Source of the DNA: Thermoanaerobaculia bacterium
GTDB lineage: Bacteria; Acidobacteriota; Thermoanaerobaculia; UBA5066; Gp7-AA6
DNA length: 64,000 nt
Reading direction: 5' to 3'
Assembly: GCA_036558325.1 (NCBI GenBank)
Contig: DATBFU010000085.1
Coordinates: 4,763-68,762 of the forward strand
The translations under genes and the position numbers were made by a program. The notes under the pieces were generated by a model. The model saw only the letters and a list, made by a program, of their open reading frames with translations, was not told where the DNA came from and searched no databases. Shown piece by piece: positions 56,601 through 64,000 of this stretch (position 1 is its first letter; each line of letters begins with the position of its first letter).

Positions 56601-56804
56601 TCGCGCAAGATCCTCGGCACCGTCGTCATCGTCGGGATGCTCGCGGCGACCGGCATCGCGATCTTCATCATTCCGGCGCTCTTCGTCCTCGTCGAGAAGC
56701 TCGCGGGCAAGGGAAAGCCGAAGGCGAAGGAAAAGGAAACCGAGGCCGCGATCGCGACGGCCGCCCCGGCCCCATCGCACGGACCTGCGGGCGGAGGACA
56801 CTGA
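53610..56804 (+). CDS. RND multidrug efflux permease (HAE1, AcrB/MexB-type)
   Basis: The 1064-aa protein has 12 TM segments in two halves with large periplasmic loops. The N-terminus reads FVRRPIVAIVIAILMTIAGAVALSKLPTAQYPDI. The conserved block AIGLVVDDAIVVVE is present. Confidence 0.95.
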   Translation: MGALFVRRPIVAIVIAILMTIAGAVALSKLPTAQYPDIVPPQIKVTTTYTGADAITIEQSVATPLEQQMNGVDNMLYMQSTNANDGTMTENVTFDVETDINIDQVNTQNRVSQAQPNLPADVNQFGLTVKKSTSNPLIMVALYSPKGTYDALFLGNYATINVNDALYRVPGVGQIQNYGTADYAMRIWVKPERLASLGLTVPDLLNAVKQQSTVNPSGGIGTEPAPKGQEFTYTVRSQGRLISPDEFGNVVVRLNPDGSVVRLKDVSRIELGALNYQQRARLNGKPSCPIGIFQVPGSNAIAVAEGIKKTMVELKERFPDDLDYVVALDTTLPVTEGIKEIEHTLFEAIVLVIIVVFLFLQGWRATLIPLLAVPVSLVGTFILFPALGFSINTLSLFGLVLAIGLVVDDAIVVVEAVEHHIEHGLSPREATLKAMEEVTQPVIGIALVLSAVFIPIAFMGGIQGRMSMQFAITIAVSVLISAFNALSLSPALCSLILRPKKQSKGPLGKFFGWFNRVFDRVTKGYVNLSDHLIRKMVVSLAILAGFIVLTGVLGKKLPSGFLPNEDQGYFFLNVQLPDASSLQRTDAVCQKIEKILGETKGVKYVTTIAGFSLLSGASAPYTAFYFVALDPWDERKGDDMLASAIVRRLNGVFRSTILEANVVGFEPPVIQGLGTGGGFSLWLQDRSGGSVEFLNQSLQKFLEAARKRPELANVNSVWRASVPQIYADINRDKVLKQGVAVGDVYQSLQAFLGGIYVNQFNRFGRQWKVFLQAEATGRVKPEDINQFYVKNNDGRMVPLSSVVTTRAAAGPEFTNRFNLFRAAQVTGIPAPGYSSGQATAALQEVFRETMPREMGYDWADMSYQEVKAAGAGGKVFVMSLVFVFLILAALYESWSLPFGVLLSVPIAVFGAFLGLLLRKFNLDVYGQIGLVMLIGLAAKNAILIVEFAVLQQKEKGMGLVEAALEGAKLRLRPILMTSFAFILGCVPLWTAAGSGAESRKILGTVVIVGMLAATGIAIFIIPALFVLVEKLAGKGKPKAKEKETEAAIATAAPAPSHGPAGGGH

Positions 56805-56805
56805 C

Positions 56806-58245
56806 GTGAAGAAGCTCGGAGTCCTCGCCGGGCTCCTTCTCTCGGCCGGCTGCGCCGTCGGCCCGAACTACAAGCAGCCCCCCGTCACCGCCCCGCCGCA
56901 GTACCGCGAGGTCCAGGGGCCACCCGCGCCGCCGCAGCTTCTGGCCGACCAGCCGTGGTGGGAGGTGTTCCACGATCCGGAGCTGCTGAAGCTGATCGAC
57001 GAGGCGCTCGCGAACGGCTTCGATCCCCAGATCGCCGCATGGCGCGTCGAGGAAGCCCGCGCGCGCGCCGGCATCGCGCGCTCGGAGTTCTTCCCGCAGA
57101 TCGGTTACGACGCCACCTTCACCCGCGGCCGAAACTCCGTGTACGTCCCGCCGTTCTCGACGGCGACCAACGGGATCCACGCGGTGGACGTCAACTTCGG
57201 CTGGGAGCTCGACCTCTGGGGGCGCATCCGGCGGCTGAACGAGGCGGCCAGGGCCCAGTACCTCTCGAGCGAGGAGGCTCGGCGCGGCGTCCTCCTCTCG
57301 CTCGTCTCCGAGGTGGCGCGCACCTACTTCCTCCTGCGCGAGCTCGACGAGGAGCTGGTGATCGCGAAGAAGACGGTCGAGGCCTTCCAGGGAACCTCCG
57401 ACCTCTTCCAGCGAAAGCTCGCCGAAGGCGCCGCCTCGGCGCTCGAGACGTCCTATTCCTCCGCGGCCCTCGCCCAGGTCGCCGCGCAGGTCCCGGACAT
57501 CGAGCGCCAGATCGAGGCCGCCGAGAATCTGCTGAGCTTCCTTCTCGGACGGAATCCCGGCCCGATCCCCCGCGGGCAGGAGCTCGCCGCCCAGACGACG
57601 CCGCCCGAGATCCCGGCGGGCCTGCCGTCGGACCTTCTCGAGCGGCGCCCCGACATCCGCCAGTCCGAGCAGGACCTGATCGCGGCCAACGCCGGCGTCG
57701 GCGTGGCGACGGCGAATTTCTTCCCGCGGATCAGCCTGACGGGCCTCTTCGGCGCCGTCGGACCGGAGCTCGACAACTTCTTCTATCCGGCCGGCAAGAC
57801 CTGGTCGATCGCCGCCGGACTCTTCGGCCCGCTCTTCCAGGGCGGGCGGCTCCGGAGCGAGTACGACGTGGCCTTCGCGCAATGGAATCAGGCCCGCGTC
57901 TTCTACGAGCAGGCCGTCACGAACGCGTTCACCGAGACGACGACGGTCCTCTACGCCCGCGGCAAATTCGCGGAGAGCGTGGCCGAGCTCTCCCGGACGG
58001 TTCATGACTACGGCGAGATGGTTCGGCTCACCAACCTGCGCTACGACAGCGGCCTCGCGAACTACTTCGAGGTCCTCTACGCGATGCAGCAGCTCTACCC
58101 CGCCGAGATCTTCCTCGCGCGGGCCCGCTTCAACCTGCTCTCGAACTACGTGGACATCTACAAGGCGCTCGGCGGAGGCTGGAACATCCAGAGTCCCGGA
58201 TGGCAGTCGCCGGCCGGCGCGCCGCAGGCCTCTCCGAAGCCGTAG
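56806..58245 (+). CDS. RND efflux outer-membrane factor lipoprotein (NodT/OprM family)
   Basis: It has a lipobox (LLSAGC) followed by AVGPNYKQP, the hallmark start of NodT-family OMFs. The protein is 479 aa and begins 2 nt after the RND stop. Confidence 0.9.
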   Translation: MKKLGVLAGLLLSAGCAVGPNYKQPPVTAPPQYREVQGPPAPPQLLADQPWWEVFHDPELLKLIDEALANGFDPQIAAWRVEEARARAGIARSEFFPQIGYDATFTRGRNSVYVPPFSTATNGIHAVDVNFGWELDLWGRIRRLNEAARAQYLSSEEARRGVLLSLVSEVARTYFLLRELDEELVIAKKTVEAFQGTSDLFQRKLAEGAASALETSYSSAALAQVAAQVPDIERQIEAAENLLSFLLGRNPGPIPRGQELAAQTTPPEIPAGLPSDLLERRPDIRQSEQDLIAANAGVGVATANFFPRISLTGLFGAVGPELDNFFYPAGKTWSIAAGLFGPLFQGGRLRSEYDVAFAQWNQARVFYEQAVTNAFTETTTVLYARGKFAESVAELSRTVHDYGEMVRLTNLRYDSGLANYFEVLYAMQQLYPAEIFLARARFNLLSNYVDIYKALGGGWNIQSPGWQSPAGAPQASPKP

Positions 58246-58535
58246 CGCGCGGCGGGCGCCGGGACGACGATTCGCGCGCGCGCGACCTGATGCTCGAGGC
58301 CACGGATAGGACGGACGCGCCCTGGCACATCGTCCGCTCGGACGACGAGAAGCGCGCCCGCTCGAACCGCATCGCGCCCCTCCCGAGCCGGATTCCCCGT
58401 CGGAACGTCGCGCCGAAGAAGTTGAAGCTGCCGAAGCGCTCCCGGAAAGTGGCGGATGACGACCCGGCGTCGCTCGAAGGGCGCCGGTTCGTCCCCGAGA
58501 ATGACGGAGCTGCTATCGTCGGCGGATGTCTTTGA
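58246..58535 (+). pseudogene. 3' remnant of a polyphosphate kinase 2 (PPK2) gene
   Basis: The frame of ORF 58200..58535 reads ..RDLMLEATDRTDAPWHIVRSDDEKRARSNRIAPL... This matches the conserved PPK2 C-terminal block (T.T..APW.iV..dDK..AR.N). The roughly 200 N-terminal residues of a PPK2, including the P-loop, have no room because the OMF gene ends at 58245. Confidence 0.55.
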
Positions 58536-59067
58536 GCCGCCCCGGCTCCTCGTCGTAATGCTCGAGGAGGATGCGTCCGTTTTCCTGGACCGCGAGGGAA
58601 GCGCGCCGGTAGAGCTGCCCCCGACCCGACCCGAATTCCGGCACCTCGAAGATGGCCACGGCGAACGGATAGTCGAGGGATGGGGCGCTGTCGTTGACCT
58701 CCTCGATCTTCAAGCTGCGCGTCGTCACGATCACGTAACGCACCCCGTCCGATATCGGCTCCGCGACGATCAGATCGAGCGGGTACTCGAGATTTCCGAG
58801 GTTCATGCGGCCGCGGTTGCCGCCGCGGATCGAGGCGAGGAGCGCCTGCTGGCCGCCGTTCGCGAGGACTTCACGAAGCGGCCTCGCCTCCTCCTTCGAA
58901 AGCGGGCGCGCGATGATGATCGTCACCGGCATCGAGCGCGTGCCCTGCGACGTCGTCACCTCGGCGGTCGCCGAGAGCTCCAGGTCCCTCGGCGTGGGAG
59001 TCTGGCCGGCCGCGATTCCGGCGCAGAGCGCCGCGACGCCCGCCGCGGCGAACCGAGTCGCCCTCAT
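58513..59067 (-). CDS. Secreted protein of unknown function
   Basis: The 184-aa protein has a signal peptide (MRATRFAAAGVAALCAGIAAGQ). Third-position GC is high. No family was recognised. Confidence 0.6.
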   Translation of the reverse strand: MRATRFAAAGVAALCAGIAAGQTPTPRDLELSATAEVTTSQGTRSMPVTIIIARPLSKEEARPLREVLANGGQQALLASIRGGNRGRMNLGNLEYPLDLIVAEPISDGVRYVIVTTRSLKIEEVNDSAPSLDYPFAVAIFEVPEFGSGRGQLYRRASLAVQENGRILLEHYDEEPGRLKDIRRR

Positions 59068-59096
59068 GGCCGGAGCCTAACATCCGGAGGTGCCGC

Positions 59097-61766
<2,670 letters not shown>

Positions 61767-61776
61767 CGCGGGCGCC

Positions 61777-62460
61777 TCAGCCGTCGCGGCGCGCGGCGAT
61801 TCGCATCGAAACGAGCCGCGCGATGAGGATCGCCGGATAAAGCTGGCCGATCAGGGCCTCCGACATCGCCAGGCTGCGCGCCACCGGGTGGATCGGCGTG
61901 ATGTCTCCATAGCCGACCGTCGTCAGCGTGACGAAGCTGTAGTAGAGGAGGCCGTGCGTGAGGCGCGTCTCGTCGGTCGCGCGCTGCGCGAATTGAAAGG
62001 CGCCCGGCCAGGCGCGGTAGACGACCTCGTACGCGGCCGCCCAGGCGAAGCCGACGAGCAGATAGACGACGACGGCCCCCTGGATTCGGTAGCCCGTGAT
62101 CGGGCCCTCGCGAAAGACCTGCATAAGCACCAGCGCGGCGAGCACCGAGAGGAGCGCGATCGACAGCGCGAAGCCCCAGAGCTCCGCGGGCGACCCGGGC
62201 GACCGGAAGCTCGCCCAGCGGAAGCCGAGGGTCGCGGCCGTCAGCGCGGCCACCGCGGCCGTCAGGAGCGGTCGTCGGCCGACGGCGACGACCCCCGACA
62301 CGAGGACCAGCGAGAAGAGGACGTCGAAGGCGATCTGGCCGGCGCCGCCCGTGTCGGCGAGCGGCGCGCCGACGAAGAGCGCCAGGCACGCGAAAGCGAG
62401 CAGCGCGGAGAGCCCCCAGTCCGACTGCCAGAGACTTCCGAGCGGTTTCGGGCGCGTCAC
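61777..62460 (-). CDS. Potassium channel protein (two-pore-helix type with extra N-terminal helices)
   Basis: The selectivity filter TLTTVGYGD is present. The start is reset to the GTG at 62460 (GTGA overlap with the upstream stop). The protein is 227 aa. Confidence 0.85.
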   Translation of the reverse strand: MTRPKPLGSLWQSDWGLSALLAFACLALFVGAPLADTGGAGQIAFDVLFSLVLVSGVVAVGRRPLLTAAVAALTAATLGFRWASFRSPGSPAELWGFALSIALLSVLAALVLMQVFREGPITGYRIQGAVVVYLLVGFAWAAAYEVVYRAWPGAFQFAQRATDETRLTHGLLYYSFVTLTTVGYGDITPIHPVARSLAMSEALIGQLYPAILIARLVSMRIAARRDG

Positions 62461-63002
62461 GTCCGCGGCGGCGGATACCCGGCGAACATCTGCGCGAGAA
62501 TCGAGCGGAGCTTCTCTTCGCGCTCCTCGGGCTCGCGGTTGGCGCGGATCTCGTCGCTCGCCGTGCCGCGCCAGACGATCTCCTTCTTCGACACGTCCAC
62601 GAGATCGAGCAGCATCGTGCCCGCGGGGACCTCGTAGACCTCGGTGTAGGTCGGCCCCGCCCAGTAGCCCCAGCCGTATCCCCAGGCCGGGCTGTACGAC
62701 ACGACGTGCGTGTCGATCGAAAGCCTCCAGTGCACGGCGACCCAGAGGTCCGGATTGGCGTCGGAGCGCCGGAGCCCGTGCTTGGCGAGCTCGTCTTCCA
62801 GGACGCTCTGGACCCGCCGGTTCCAGACCGGGTCCTTGATCGAGCCGTCGTCCTTCCATGACCAGGTGCGGTACTGCTTGAAGTCGACCGTGTGGTCCCA
62901 GCCGGCGTCGATCTTGAGCGTCTTGCAGGACACGAGCGTCACGACCGTCGCGAGCGCCGCGGCCGCCGTCGCCGCCCGCAGAAGCCGGGATCTCTTGCGC
63001 AC
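62457..63002 (-). CDS. Lipoprotein, DUF4136-like
   Basis: The start is reset to the GTG at 63002, preceded by AAGGAGG. It has a lipobox (VTLVSC). The 181-aa protein has the pattern D...dF..Y.T..W...... VW.G typical of DUF4136 as I recall it. The family call is tentative. Confidence 0.65.
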   Translation of the reverse strand: MRKRSRLLRAATAAAALATVVTLVSCKTLKIDAGWDHTVDFKQYRTWSWKDDGSIKDPVWNRRVQSVLEDELAKHGLRRSDANPDLWVAVHWRLSIDTHVVSYSPAWGYGWGYWAGPTYTEVYEVPAGTMLLDLVDVSKKEIVWRGTASDEIRANREPEEREEKLRSILAQMFAGYPPPRT

Positions 63003-63156
63003 GTCCGCCTCCTTCCGACCGTGGGGAGTTTCGGGCGACACTCTAACCCGCGCGCACCCGACTCTCCGAATAGACCTTGGTCCCATGCCGCGCCGGGAGA
63101 GCCGATCTATAGTCCTCGGCAGAACCAGCTGGCTCGAAGGGGCCGAGGAGAGACCG

Positions 63157-64000
63157 GTGAAGACGAAAGAGCTCATCAAGAGGGCGCGGCGCTTCGCCAA
63201 GCCCTTCCGTGTCATGGACGGCAGAGGCTTCCGGCTCAAGGACGTGGATCCCGGCGACACGCTCGGTCTCGGCGAGGAGCAGAAACCGAAGGCAAAGGAA
63301 GCGCTCGCGCTGGGAGTCGGAGCGCTGGCCGAGCTCCAGGGCAAGCTCTACGCGCAGGACCGCTGGGCGCTGCTGCTCATCTTTCAGGCGCTCGACGCCG
63401 CGGGAAAGGACGGCACGATCAAGCACGTCATGTCGGGCGTGAATCCGCAGGGCTGCGAGGTCACCTCCTTCAAAGCCCCGTCTCCGGAAGAGCTCGATCA
63501 CGACTATCTCTGGCGCTGCATGAAGTGGCTGCCCGAGCGCGGGCGCATCGGGATCTTCAACCGCAGCTATTACGAGGAGACGACCGCCGTCCGCGTCCAC
63601 CCCGAGTTCCTCGCGGGACAGAAGCTCCCGCCGGGCTCGATCACGAAGCACATCTGGGACGAGCGCTTCCAGGACATCCGCGCTTTCGAGCGCTACCTGA
63701 CGCGCAACGGCGTCATCGTCCGCAAGTTCTTTCTCCACGTCTCCAAGGGGGAGCAGAAGCGCCGCTTCCTGGAGCGCCTCGACAATCCGGAGAAGAACTG
63801 GAAGTTCTCCGCCAACGACATCAAGGAACGCGGCTTCTGGAGCGAATATCAGAAGGCCTACGAGGAGACGATCCGCAACACCGCGACCGAGGACGCGCCC
63901 TGGTACGTCGTACCCGCCGACAACAAGTGGTTCACGCGCGTCGTCGTGGCCGCCGCGGTGGTCGAGACGCTCGCCTCGCTCGGCCTCGACTATCCGAAGG
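63157..64000 (+). CDS. Polyphosphate kinase 2 family protein (3' end beyond window; absent from ORF track)
   Basis: Hand translation from the GTG at 63157 (preceded by GAGGAGAG) reads VKTKELIKRARRFAKPF..LLLIFQALDAAGKDGTIKHVMSGVNPQG..FNRSYYEE..FFLHVSKGEQKRRF..NWKFS..D...R..W..Y..AYE......T..APWYVVPADNKW. The Walker-A-like DAAGKDG and the PPK2 lid/C-terminal blocks are present. The frame is open to the window end. Confidence 0.85.
   Translation, partial: MKTKELIKRARRFAKPFRVMDGRGFRLKDVDPGDTLGLGEEQKPKAKEALALGVGALAELQGKLYAQDRWALLLIFQALDAAGKDGTIKHVMSGVNPQGCEVTSFKAPSPEELDHDYLWRCMKWLPERGRIGIFNRSYYEETTAVRVHPEFLAGQKLPPGSITKHIWDERFQDIRAFERYLTRNGVIVRKFFLHVSKGEQKRRFLERLDNPEKNWKFSANDIKERGFWSEYQKAYEETIRNTATEDAPWYVVPADNKWFTRVVVAAAVVETLASLGLDYPK

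Noticed and set aside
58200-58535. The 111-aa ORF interpreted as an intact small gene.
   Set aside because: Its first 30 or so codons overlap the OMF gene's 3' end in another frame. Its only recognisable content is the C-terminal block of PPK2 without the catalytic N-terminal two-thirds. It is better described as a gene remnant.

Overview
GC-rich chromosomal window from a diderm bacterium. G+C was not computed; by eye it is well above 60%, with very GC-rich third codon positions. The gene content (hopanoid genes, orphan MacB/FtsX-type permease, GC-rich REP-like hairpin) would fit Acidobacteriota or a similar soil lineage, but the taxon cannot be fixed from this sequence. I recognise about 55 protein-coding genes. 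I recognise no rRNA, tRNA, CRISPR array, transposase or integrase. The supplied ORF track is dominated by antisense or out-of-frame shadow ORFs (Arg/Ala/Pro/Gly-rich) and by N-terminally over-extended ORFs. I reset many starts using 4-nt stop/start overlaps (GTGA, ATGA, TTGA), SD-like purine runs and family-typical N-termini. Two genes that run off the window ends (1-807 minus, 63157-64000 plus) are missing from the track and were translated by hand. Layout: (1) 1-5500, a six-gene translationally coupled minus-strand operon of HpnL-like flippase-family membrane protein, HAD hydrolase, nucleotidyltransferase, ATP-grasp enzyme, class-III aminotransferase and Gfo/Idh/MocA oxidoreductase. (2) 5536-8462, ispH-dxs. 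(3) 8660-9526, a ferritin-like di-iron protein. (4) 9534-15905, an Mtr-type porin-cytochrome module: decaheme MtrC/OmcA-like, decaheme MtrA/DmsE-like, MtrB/PioB-like barrel, monoheme cytochrome, membrane tetraheme CymA/NapC-like and a small membrane protein, with 25 CxxCH motifs in total. (5) 16143-17036, squalene synthase. (6) 17448-23676, a Tat-exported selenocysteine formate dehydrogenase (fdnG with in-frame UGA), a fused FdnH/NrfD subunit and fdhE. (7) 23673-28516, hopanoid genes hpnG-hpnA-hpnH-shc. (8) 28558-32270, a MacA/MacB-permease/TolC-like set with no ATPase gene. (9) 32287-36586, rseP-dxr-cdsA-uppS. (10) 36622-42361, sulfatase-like lipoprotein, truA, GT-C-like membrane protein and a divergent GT2 synthase. 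(11) queE-queC. (12) The heat-shock cluster clpB-hsp20-htrA. (13) pirin, EamA transporter, gltX and a Zn-ribbon protein. (14) An RND efflux operon (MFP-RND-OMF). (15) A PPK2 remnant, a secreted unknown, a GH63-like glucosidase, a K+ channel, a lipoprotein and an intact PPK2 that is truncated by the window end. The most interesting point is a complete formate-to-extracellular-acceptor electron route (Sec-FDH, quinone pool, CymA-like, monoheme shuttle, MtrA/B/C-like) encoded within about 14 kb and nested inside a hopanoid/isoprenoid locus. Second is the unassigned six-gene operon led by the HpnL-like gene.
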